From assembly GCA_002791595.1 (NCBI GenBank), contig PFXJ01000128.1, positions 26,365-67,820 on the forward strand: a stretch of 41,456 bases of DNA, read 5' to 3'. Numbering within the stretch: position 1 is the stretch's first letter; every line of letters starts with the position of its first letter. Source of the DNA: a candidate division Zixibacteria bacterium CG_4_9_14_3_um_filter_46_8 (lineage in GTDB: Bacteria; Zixibacteria; MSB-5A5; UM-FILTER-46-8). The notes beneath the pieces are model-generated. The model ran no database searches and was not told the DNA's origin. It saw only the letters and a program-made list of their open reading frames with translations. A program made the translations under genes and the position numbers. Below, piece by piece: positions 1-8,360 of the stretch.

Positions 1-173
1 TCGACTAAGGCGTGGTCAAAAAATGGATTCTTCGCAGGATTGAAAAATTGTTTCCGCTCAATCAACAGGGGGGGCACCCAGTTTGGATTTCCTTTATACA
101 CACTCCATGGGAATTTGAGAAACCTGTTGAGCTGTTTCCCCCCGATGACTTTTTCAATCCTGATATCGGGCAT
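1..173 (-). CDS. Bacterial ceramide synthase-like GNAT-family protein, 5' part only (runs off the window)
   Basis: Not in the ORF track. Hand translation from ATG at 173: MPDIRIEKVIGGKQLNRFLKFPWSVYKGNPNWVPPLLIERKQFFNPAKNPFFDHALV. The FPW..Y...P.WVPPL...NPFF.HA pattern matches my recollection of the bCerS family N-terminus. Starts 4 nt after the spt stop. Confidence 0.8.
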   Translation of the reverse strand, partial: MPDIRIEKVIGGKQLNRFLKFPWSVYKGNPNWVPPLLIERKQFFNPAKNPFFDHALV

Positions 174-177
174 AAGT

Positions 178-1359
178 TCAAATTATCCCGAACTTCTTGC
201 CTACTTTTCGGAAGGTCTCCAAGACTCTATCTATTTGCCCATCAGTATGAGTTGCGGTATAGCTGGTGCGAATGAGGCCCTGACCCGGTGGAACCGCCGG
301 CGGGATTATTGGGTTGGTGAAAAGGCCGGCATCCGAGAGTGCTCTGCAGATTTGAAATGTCTGCATCTCATCACCAACGTAAATCGGCACAATCGGCGTC
401 TGAGTAAGGCCAATATTAAAACCCATCCCCTTGAATTCTGTATGCACCCTTTCCGTAATATCCCAGAGCCTCTTGCGCCGTTGCGGTTCTTTCTGGATTA
501 TTTCCAATGCTTTCAGACATGCCGCCACCGATGCCGGTGGTATGGAGGCCGAAAAAATCAGGGCCCGTGAAAAATGCCTGATATAATCTATGACTTCCGT
601 TGAGGAAGCTATCACCCCGCCCAGCGAAGCAAATGATTTCGAGAATGTCCCCATTACCATATCGGTTTCGTCACCGAGGCCAAAATGCTCGGTCGTCCCG
701 CGCCCGTTCTCACCCAGAACCCCAAGGGAATGGGCATCATCTACCAAAATCCTGGCGCCATATTTCCGGGCGAGGCGAACAATTTGGGGCAAATCACAAA
801 TATCGCCTTCCATCGAGAAAACGCCATCAGTAACAATCAGTTTGCCGCAATCATTGTCATTAACCTTTAATAGCCGTTCCAGATCCTCCATATCATTATG
901 CTTAAATTTTATGGTCCTGCCAAATGATAATCGACAACCATCCACTATTGAAGCGTGGTCTGATCTATCGGCAAAAATCAGATCATTCTTCCCTACCAAA
1001 CAGGAAATCGCTCCCAAATTCGTCTGAAAACCAGTGGAAAATACTTGTGCCTTCTCTTTCTTGAGGAATTTGGCAAGCTCATATTCCAACTCCTCGTGAA
1101 GATCCAGGGTGCCATTTAGGAACCTCGATCCTGTGCAACCTGACCCATACTTCAATGCGGCATTGGCGGCGGCCTCTTTTACACGAGGATCTGAAACCAA
1201 TCCAAGGTAATTATTCGAGCCAATCATCAGCATTTTTTGGCCATTAATAACTACCTCTGTCCCCAACGATGAACTTATCGGCCTGAAATAAGGATAAAAC
1301 CCTGCATCCTGAATTTCCTTATGTCGAACGAACTGTTTACACTTTGCTAAAAGATCCAT
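178..1359 (-). CDS. spt: Serine palmitoyltransferase (alpha-oxoamine synthase family, PLP)
   Basis: N-terminal [38 protein letters not shown] and GTFSKS (PLP Lys) motifs, as in Bacteroidota-type SPT. Adjacent to a bCerS-like gene. Confidence 0.85.
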   Translation of the reverse strand: MDLLAKCKQFVRHKEIQDAGFYPYFRPISSSLGTEVVINGQKMLMIGSNNYLGLVSDPRVKEAAANAALKYGSGCTGSRFLNGTLDLHEELEYELAKFLKKEKAQVFSTGFQTNLGAISCLVGKNDLIFADRSDHASIVDGCRLSFGRTIKFKHNDMEDLERLLKVNDNDCGKLIVTDGVFSMEGDICDLPQIVRLARKYGARILVDDAHSLGVLGENGRGTTEHFGLGDETDMVMGTFSKSFASLGGVIASSTEVIDYIRHFSRALIFSASIPPASVAACLKALEIIQKEPQRRKRLWDITERVHTEFKGMGFNIGLTQTPIVPIYVGDEMQTFQICRALSDAGLFTNPIIPPAVPPGQGLIRTSYTATHTDGQIDRVLETFRKVGKKFGII

Positions 1360-1501
1360 TTAATATTTCTCTGCAAGCCTAATTCCTTGCGCTTGAGTAA
1401 CTCAACATATATTTTGGGCTTTATCTCAAATCCATCCGAATAAGCATTTTCGGAGCAAAACTACTATTAATTGAATTTCAATCACATTGTCAAGAAATAA
1501 A

Positions 1502-2509
1502 ATGCATACCGATATTGAGCCTGCCGGAGCCAGATGCCTTGTAACTGGAGCCAATGGTTTCATCGGGAGCCACCTTTGTGACCGCCTAATCGATATGGGT
1601 TGCAAGGTATTTGCTTTGGTAAGAAGATCCTCAAATCTTAAATACATTAGCTCCCCGAAAATTGAATTTCGTTTCGGAGAACTTCGAGATTACCAATCTC
1701 TTCAAAAGGCAGTAGGCGACATTGATTTCATCTTTCATTCTGCCGGCTTGACAAAAGCAAGAAACAAATCTGAATTTTTCCAGGTTAATCATCTTGGTAC
1801 CCAGACATTATTGAAGGCAATTCCTGAAAACAGAAAGGATTTGAATAGATTAATCTATATTTCTTCGCAGGCGGCAACAGGGCCAGGCGTATCGGATGAG
1901 CCCTCTAACGAAAATCAAACTCCCGATCCCGTATCTGCTTATGGTCGATCCAAATTGCTGGGAGAGGAGGAAGTGAAGCAGTTTGCAGAAAAAGTCCCTT
2001 ACGTAATCATCAGGCCAACTTCAGTCTATGGTCCCCGCGATACTGAAATCCTTTCATTTTTCCGGGCCGCCTCTTGGGGAATAAAACCTCACTTCGGAAA
2101 TCGAAAATCAATCCTATCTTTGGTCTTTGTGGACGATTTGGTGGACGGCATCATAATGGGCGCTTTCAGCAACAAATCCAGAAACCAAACATATTTTATT
2201 TCTGATGGCATGGTTTATGAGTGGAGTGAAATTGTGGATTGTCTTCTGGCGGCATTTGGCAAAAAAGGAGTGAAAATCACTATTCCCGTCAGGCTTTTTC
2301 ACCTTATTGGATGGCTGACCGAGAACGCTTTTAATTTGGTGGGCAAGACACCAATGTTGACTAAGGAAAAAGCATTTGAGATAACCTGTGACAATTGGGG
2401 TTGCAGCGCTGAAAAGGCAATGCGCGATTTCGGTTATTCACCAAGGATATTATTCAAAGAAGGAGCAGTGATGACTGCAAAATGGTATAAGGATAACAGA
2501 TGGCTTTAG
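1502..2509 (+). CDS. NAD(P)-dependent epimerase/dehydratase (extended SDR); candidate ceramide reductase CerR
   Basis: TGANGFIG Rossmann motif, YGRSK (YxxxK), RPTSVYGP. ATG 1502 preferred over TTG 1487. The CerR role is inferred only from its position next to spt. Confidence 0.8.
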   Translation: MHTDIEPAGARCLVTGANGFIGSHLCDRLIDMGCKVFALVRRSSNLKYISSPKIEFRFGELRDYQSLQKAVGDIDFIFHSAGLTKARNKSEFFQVNHLGTQTLLKAIPENRKDLNRLIYISSQAATGPGVSDEPSNENQTPDPVSAYGRSKLLGEEEVKQFAEKVPYVIIRPTSVYGPRDTEILSFFRAASWGIKPHFGNRKSILSLVFVDDLVDGIIMGAFSNKSRNQTYFISDGMVYEWSEIVDCLLAAFGKKGVKITIPVRLFHLIGWLTENAFNLVGKTPMLTKEKAFEITCDNWGCSAEKAMRDFGYSPRILFKEGAVMTAKWYKDNRWL

Positions 2510-3678
2510 ACGATAAGCAGATCGAATCGAAATTGAAAGATGCCAGAGGATTATTCCCGCTTCTTTCTGAATATACATTTCTAAATTGCGCTTCACGTCC
2601 GCCATTGGGGATTCCCATCCGGAAACGGCTGGATGAATTCTATGACAATATGATGCATATAGCTGTTGATGACATAGAAGCATTATTCGCACCGATAGAA
2701 TCTTCACGGCAGAAGCTGGCCCTGCTATTCGGCTGCCAACCGGCAGAGATTGCCATCACGACCAACACTTCCTACGGCATCAACCTTGCGGCCTGGGGAT
2801 TAGGATTGAAGCCGGGAGATACGGTTTTACTGATAGATATCGAATTCCCTGCTAACATATATCCATTTCTTAAACTAAAAGAAACAGGGGTCAATATAAA
2901 ATTTGTCAAAAGCCACAATGGCCAATTCGATGTATCCGATATCGAATTGGCATTGACACCCGATGTAAAATTGTTTTCCACATCTTGGGTGCAATTTTTT
3001 AATGGCGCCCGAAATGACCTTGAGGCATTAGGTCAACTTTGTTCTGAAAGAGAGGTATTCTTTTCGGTCGATGGAATCCAGGGGGCCGGAGCAATCGCGC
3101 TGAATCTATCCCAGACAGGGGTCGATCTCTTTTCGGCAGGCGCTGAGAAATGGCTTCTTGCTCCCTGCGGAGTTGGCTTTACTTACCTCGCCAACCGTTC
3201 CGATCATTTAATAAAAAACCATTATGCCGGGTGGCTGGGGGTCGATTGGGGGGGTGTATTCACTTCGCTCCTCGATTATACCAGGAAATTCAAAAATGGC
3301 GCGGCACGTTTTGAGATTGGCACTTATCCATATCAGGAAATTTGGGGATTCGAAGCCGCTCTGGATATTATTCTTGAAATTGGAATTGATAATATTTCCC
3401 ACCATAATATAAAGCTCCTGGATTTATTAATAGGATATCTGAAAGATTCCGGTTCTTATCGAATCGTCTCACCATTGGAGATGGCAAGAAGATCCTCGAT
3501 ATTGAGTTTTACTTGCGATAATCCTGAGCATGTTTATAAACAGTTGAATGACAATCGAATAGTAACTTCTTATCGCGAGGGTGCCATCAGAGTTTCGCCT
3601 CATTTTTATAACAACCTGGATGACATAGAATTGTTGATTGAAGTGCTAAGAAAGATTGAGAATGAAGGCTTTCGCTAA
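2500..3678 (+). CDS. PLP-dependent aminotransferase class V fold enzyme (lyase/epimerase-like)
   Basis: FLNCAS, VDGIQGAG, AEKWLLAP (PLP Lys), RFEIGT, IRVSPHFYN. Overlaps both neighbours. Confidence 0.85.
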   Translation: MALDDKQIESKLKDARGLFPLLSEYTFLNCASRPPLGIPIRKRLDEFYDNMMHIAVDDIEALFAPIESSRQKLALLFGCQPAEIAITTNTSYGINLAAWGLGLKPGDTVLLIDIEFPANIYPFLKLKETGVNIKFVKSHNGQFDVSDIELALTPDVKLFSTSWVQFFNGARNDLEALGQLCSEREVFFSVDGIQGAGAIALNLSQTGVDLFSAGAEKWLLAPCGVGFTYLANRSDHLIKNHYAGWLGVDWGGVFTSLLDYTRKFKNGAARFEIGTYPYQEIWGFEAALDIILEIGIDNISHHNIKLLDLLIGYLKDSGSYRIVSPLEMARRSSILSFTCDNPEHVYKQLNDNRIVTSYREGAIRVSPHFYNNLDDIELLIEVLRKIENEGFR

Positions 3679-4441
3679 GAGTTGGAAGGCTATCTGCATC
3701 ATACCGGCGCGCTATGGTTCCACCCGATTCCCAGGAAAACCACTATGTGAAATTGCCGGCCAGACCCTTATCGAGCGGGTTTATCGCCAGGTTATGAAAG
3801 CCAAGCGCGTATCAAGCATTTATGTGGCCACAGATGACCAGAGGATAGCCGACGAAGTGGATCGCTTTGGGGGTCAAGCCATTATGACTTCTCCTCATCA
3901 CCAATCCGGGACTGACCGTATTGCAGAGGCGTCAGAGAATCTCGATTTTGACATCGTGGTCAATATTCAAGGCGATGAACCCCTAATTCCACCTTCTCTG
4001 GTAGATAGCCTGATAGGGCTATTCGATCATGCTTATGATTTCAAAGTTGCTACCGCCGCTTATGTCACCAATAATCTGAACCTTGTTTCAACCCCAGATT
4101 CAGTTAAAGTCGTTGTTGATAATAACCTCAATGCCCTGTATTTCTCAAGGGCAATGATACCGGCTCTGCCAACAAATTTTGATTTAGTGGTCAGCCGGAA
4201 ATCCTTCGGATGGAAAGGATATTTTAAGCATATCGGGATTTATGTCTTCACTCGTGAAGCTCTTGATGAATTTGTAGGATTAAAACAAAGTATGCTGGAA
4301 CAAATAGAGAGACTGGAACAGCTGAGAATGATTGAAAATGGAATGAAGATAAGGGTGATGCTCACCGACTACGCCCCGGTCTCTGTGGATGTGCCTGCAG
4401 ATATTGAACGGGTGATAAAGGCTTTGAAGGTTAAAATTTGA
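3662..4441 (+). CDS. kdsB: 3-deoxy-manno-octulosonate cytidylyltransferase (CMP-Kdo synthetase)
   Basis: IIPARYGSTRFPGKPL, HQSGTDR, NIQGDEP, ALYFSR, KHIGIY, ERLEQLR. ATG 3662 preferred. Confidence 0.95.
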   Translation: MKAFAKSWKAICIIPARYGSTRFPGKPLCEIAGQTLIERVYRQVMKAKRVSSIYVATDDQRIADEVDRFGGQAIMTSPHHQSGTDRIAEASENLDFDIVVNIQGDEPLIPPSLVDSLIGLFDHAYDFKVATAAYVTNNLNLVSTPDSVKVVVDNNLNALYFSRAMIPALPTNFDLVVSRKSFGWKGYFKHIGIYVFTREALDEFVGLKQSMLEQIERLEQLRMIENGMKIRVMLTDYAPVSVDVPADIERVIKALKVKI

Positions 4442-4564
4442 CTGTTAATTCTCTTTGGAAGAATCAATTCTGAACATAGTATTTACAAAAATTACAGTTG
4501 AATAGGACAAGAATTAATTACGAGGAAACCTACTGGATTTTATCGCAAAATGAGAGGGTTTTGC

Positions 4565-4592
4565 TTGACTAATTGCAAAAAAATATTATATT
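4565..4592 (+). promoter_or_regulatory. Putative sigma70 promoter
   Basis: TTGACT(4565-4570)-N16-TATATT(4587-4592) in AT-rich intergenic DNA. An alternative extended -10, TGcTATTAT, lies at 4594-4602. Confidence 0.5.
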
Positions 4593-4744
4593 ATGCTATT
4601 ATATTTTTTAATCTTGATGGCGATACCAGAGGTTTGATTTTCAGCAGAATGCCCATAAATTAATAGGATTGAGATTGCCGGGGAATATAATATACTGCTG
4701 GAAACTAAGTTAGCTAATACATAGGTTTTTTGGAAGGAGTTTGG

Positions 4745-6592
4745 ATGAAAGGGAAGAGCATATTCTTACTGATAGTTATTTTCTTGATTTCCACCCATGC
4801 CATGGGGCAAAATCTGCTTTGGCAGAACTCGTATGGGGGTAGCTTCATTGACCAATCATTTGGGCTATGCGAGACGTATGATGGCGGTTATGTGATGACC
4901 GGATTCACTCTTTCATTTAGTAATAATCCTGGAGTGGAGTCAGATTTATGGTTAGTCAAAACCGATTCCAATGGCAATGTTGTTTGGAGTCGCACTTACG
5001 GTGGGTCAAATCATGATTTGGGGTATTATGTTGAGGAAACCTCTGACCGTGGCCTTATAGTGACGGGAAGGACATTATCATTTGGTTCTGGAACTCAGCT
5101 TTATGTAATCAAGACCGATTCTCTCGGGAATATAGTTTGGGAACGCACCTATGGCGGACCGCTTAATGAGCAGGGGCGGCACATAAAACAAATTTCCGAT
5201 GGCGGTTATATTATTTCGGGCTTCACGACTTCATTCGGGCCGGGCGATTTTGACGCTTATTTCATCAGGATCGATCGCTATGGGAATATTATGTGGGAGA
5301 GGGCTTATGATAGAAGCCAGCTACCATATCCTTATGGTGATTTCGGCCAATGTGCGGTGGAAACTCCGGATGGCGGTTTCATGATGGCGGCGGTAACCTC
5401 AGGCGCCACATCAGATCGAGATTATTGGCTGATTCGAACCGATGGCAATGGTGATACTCTTTGGACAAAGGTCTATGGGGGAATCGGTGAGGAAGAATGC
5501 AAAACGGTGGAAATGACTTCAGATGGCAATTATATAATAGCCGGAAGGTCACAGAGTTTTGGATTCGGAAGGGAGGATTTCTGGTTATTGAAAACCGACC
5601 CCAATGGCGACACCCTATGGTCAGCTTCATACGGCGGTTTTCACAATGATTTCGGCTATTGGGGCGAACAGACTTCCGATGACGGCTACATATTAGGCGG
5701 TCGTTCCCTGTCTTTTGGCAACGGGGATAATGACTATTGGGTGGTTAAGGCCGATGATCAGGGCGCTCTTAAGTGGAGCCAGCGATATGGCGGGCCGGGA
5801 GAAGACTTTGCTTTCAAGGTGCGGGAAACAACAGATGGAGGTTACATAATCGGTGGTTATTCAAATTCTTTCGGCGCCGGAGAAGATGATTTTTATCTAG
5901 TCAAGATAGGCCATCAGATAATCCGCATTGGTGTCATCCCCCAGAATCCGCCGGTCGTTGTGCCGCGCGGATGCAGTGTTGTGTATAGTGGCACCTTGCT
6001 TAATAATACCCAGAATAATCAGCAATATTATGTTTGGGCAAAGATGCGCAGGCCTAATGGCACTTACTTCAATTTCGGTAATAAATCCAGGATCACTAAT
6101 GGCCCGAATCAGCTCCTGCAATATTCTCCTTTAACATTTCAGATTCCTGGCGATGCCCCATTGGGCACCTATACATTCATTGCCTATTGTGGATTCACCT
6201 ACCCAAATATAATTGATTCCGCCACTTTCGATTTCAGTATCGTGGATATGCTATGCAGTCCCACTGGAGCCGAGGACTGGCGTTTTCAGGCTTGGGATGA
6301 ATGTCCGGCATCTGACGAGCAAATCCCTGGCGCTACGGCTATGGCAGAGAATTATCCAAATCCTTTCAATGTTTCTACGGAAATCAGATATCTGGTGCCT
6401 GCGGCCGCTCAGGCGACAATCGATATCTACAACATCCTCGGTCAGCGAGTTGAGACTTTAATTAATAGCTTCCAGGAAGCAGGCTGGCATTCTACACAAT
6501 GGGATGCATCAGCAAGATCCTCAGGCTTATATTATTTCGTTCTAAAAACTCAGGATCAATCCGTTGTCAGGAAAATGGTAGTTTTAAAATGA
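4745..6592 (+). CDS. Secreted beta-propeller repeat protein with Ig-like domain and T9SS type-A-like C-terminal sorting domain
   Basis: Signal peptide; about 7 repeats of W..TYGG...D.G.....T.DGGYI..G...SFG; C-terminal NYPNPFN...IYNILGQ...SGLYY...KMVVLK. ATG 4745 follows a GGAG Shine-Dalgarno. Confidence 0.85.
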   Translation: MKGKSIFLLIVIFLISTHAMGQNLLWQNSYGGSFIDQSFGLCETYDGGYVMTGFTLSFSNNPGVESDLWLVKTDSNGNVVWSRTYGGSNHDLGYYVEETSDRGLIVTGRTLSFGSGTQLYVIKTDSLGNIVWERTYGGPLNEQGRHIKQISDGGYIISGFTTSFGPGDFDAYFIRIDRYGNIMWERAYDRSQLPYPYGDFGQCAVETPDGGFMMAAVTSGATSDRDYWLIRTDGNGDTLWTKVYGGIGEEECKTVEMTSDGNYIIAGRSQSFGFGREDFWLLKTDPNGDTLWSASYGGFHNDFGYWGEQTSDDGYILGGRSLSFGNGDNDYWVVKADDQGALKWSQRYGGPGEDFAFKVRETTDGGYIIGGYSNSFGAGEDDFYLVKIGHQIIRIGVIPQNPPVVVPRGCSVVYSGTLLNNTQNNQQYYVWAKMRRPNGTYFNFGNKSRITNGPNQLLQYSPLTFQIPGDAPLGTYTFIAYCGFTYPNIIDSATFDFSIVDMLCSPTGAEDWRFQAWDECPASDEQIPGATAMAENYPNPFNVSTEIRYLVPAAAQATIDIYNILGQRVETLINSFQEAGWHSTQWDASARSSGLYYFVLKTQDQSVVRKMVVLK

Positions 6593-6711
6593 TAATGGAT
6601 AGGTCCTTATCAACAGCATAGCCAATCAATTTCGGCTCCGAAGTTAAATATTATTTATCCCGACAATCAATTCAATCAGCCTCAAATGTTGATCGCTATT
6701 GGTCATTGGGT

Positions 6712-6740
6712 TTGACTTCTTATCTGCCTTAAGCTATTTT
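6712..6740 (+). promoter_or_regulatory. Putative sigma70 promoter
   Basis: TTGACT-N17-TATTTT, about 85 nt upstream of the MBL gene. Confidence 0.35.
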
Positions 6741-6823
6741 GTCCCCGAATGAATCAATGGTCCCCTTTGCCGTAGGATATCAGAAACTTTGGTTCATCTT
6801 AATCCTTATAACCAAGAGTAATT

Positions 6824-8215
6824 ATGGTTACCATCACATTTTATGGCGCAACCAAAACCGTTACCGGTTCAAGATCTCTTCTCAAATTTCATAATACCAA
6901 TATACTGGTTGATTGCGGTTTATTTCAAGGCGCAAAGGAAAACCGATTGAGGAATTGGGAGCCATTCCCGGTTCCGCCCGCGGATATTGACCGGGTTCTT
7001 CTGACTCATGCTCATATTGATCATTCGGGATACTTGCCGCGTCTTTTCCGAGATGGGTTCGCAGGCCCTATTCACTGCACCCATTCCACATCGGACCTCT
7101 GCGAGATTATGCTTAAAGACAGCGCTCATCTACAGGAAGAAGATGCCTACTGGGCCAATAAGAAAGGATTTTCAAAACATACTCCTGCTCTGCCATTATA
7201 TACGCTTGCCGATGCAGAAGCGGTGTTGAGGTTCTTTTCTCCACTGTATTATGGAGAGGATTATAATTTAGGCGGTATCAGAATAAAATTCAAAGATGCC
7301 GGACATATCCTTGGCTCATCCTTCATAGATATCAAAGCCTCCAAAGGCAACCGAGCCAAGAAAATCCTTTTCAGCGGAGATATGGGGAGGCCGTCAAAAC
7401 CAATCCTAAGAGAACCGGCTCAGGTATATGACGTCGATTACTTAATCCTCGAATCGACCTACGGGGATCGTTTGCACGATGATGCCCCTCCTGAAGAACA
7501 ATTCGCCCGGGTGATCTCTGAGAGCATAAGAAGAGGCGGAGTATTGGTCATCCCTTCCTTTGCAGTAGGACGAACACAGACCCTGCTTTATATTATTCGG
7601 GAATTAGAAGAGCAGGGCAGGATTCCATCATTGCCGGTTTATGTCGATTCTCCGATGGCAATTGATGCCACCGATATATTTCAGAGACGAATATCCGACC
7701 AGAATCTGACCAGCAGGGTCCTAACTATCAAAGGCATAAGGATCTTCTGCCCGAAGCAACTTCATCTCTGCAGGACCAGAGAGCAGTCAAAAACCATAAA
7801 TAGAGTTAAAAGCCATGCTATCATCATTGCTTCAAGCGGAATGGCCACCGGCGGCAGAATCCTTCACCATCTTGAGCTACGTTTGCCTCACCCCGAAAAT
7901 ACAATCCTATTCAGTGGTTATCAAGCCCCGGGAACAAGGGGTAGAACTATTCTGGATGGTAATCCTTCGGTCAGGTTACATGGCTTTGATATTGCGATTA
8001 AAGCAAAAATCGAAGATATCTCTGGGTTTTCGGGCCATGCTGATTATAATGAGATATTGGCATGGCTTATGGGTTTCAACAAAGCGCCAGAGAGAATATT
8101 CATCATCCACGGAGAACCGGAAGCATCAGCCTCTCTGGCAGATAAAATCAGAGATAGATTCAGATGGGATGTTGTAATTCCGGAATTTGGGGAGACTTTC
8201 GAATTGGGCATTTAA
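6824..8215 (+). CDS. Metallo-beta-lactamase/beta-CASP ribonuclease (RNA-specificity domain family)
   Basis: VTGS, DCGLFQG, THAHIDHSG (HxHxDH), AGHILGS, FSGD, ESTYG, FAVGR, SGHAD, IHGE motifs. Confidence 0.92.
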   Translation: MVTITFYGATKTVTGSRSLLKFHNTNILVDCGLFQGAKENRLRNWEPFPVPPADIDRVLLTHAHIDHSGYLPRLFRDGFAGPIHCTHSTSDLCEIMLKDSAHLQEEDAYWANKKGFSKHTPALPLYTLADAEAVLRFFSPLYYGEDYNLGGIRIKFKDAGHILGSSFIDIKASKGNRAKKILFSGDMGRPSKPILREPAQVYDVDYLILESTYGDRLHDDAPPEEQFARVISESIRRGGVLVIPSFAVGRTQTLLYIIRELEEQGRIPSLPVYVDSPMAIDATDIFQRRISDQNLTSRVLTIKGIRIFCPKQLHLCRTREQSKTINRVKSHAIIIASSGMATGGRILHHLELRLPHPENTILFSGYQAPGTRGRTILDGNPSVRLHGFDIAIKAKIEDISGFSGHADYNEILAWLMGFNKAPERIFIIHGEPEASASLADKIRDRFRWDVVIPEFGETFELGI

Positions 8216-8360
8216 TCAGGGCCAGCCTTTCATTAGAGGGCGACAAACTTGCTCTTTGAGTTTTTGATAGTATTAATGGCGTAAAAGGCATATAATTGGT
8301 CGAATAGACTTCTATCGATATCTATTCACTTCGGATTCTTGAATTGAGAGAGTTAGACCT

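Noticed and set aside
12-570. Plus-strand ORFs 12..275 and 40..570
   Set aside because: Antisense shadows of spt and the bCerS-like gene, with no recognisable motifs.
178-1359. Annotation as bioF or kbl
   Set aside because: YPYFR and GTFSKS motifs plus the adjacent bCerS-like ORF favour spt; no biotin or tdh genes are nearby.
2500-3678. Cysteine desulfurase (sufS/iscS) call
   Set aside because: The catalytic Cys loop is absent.
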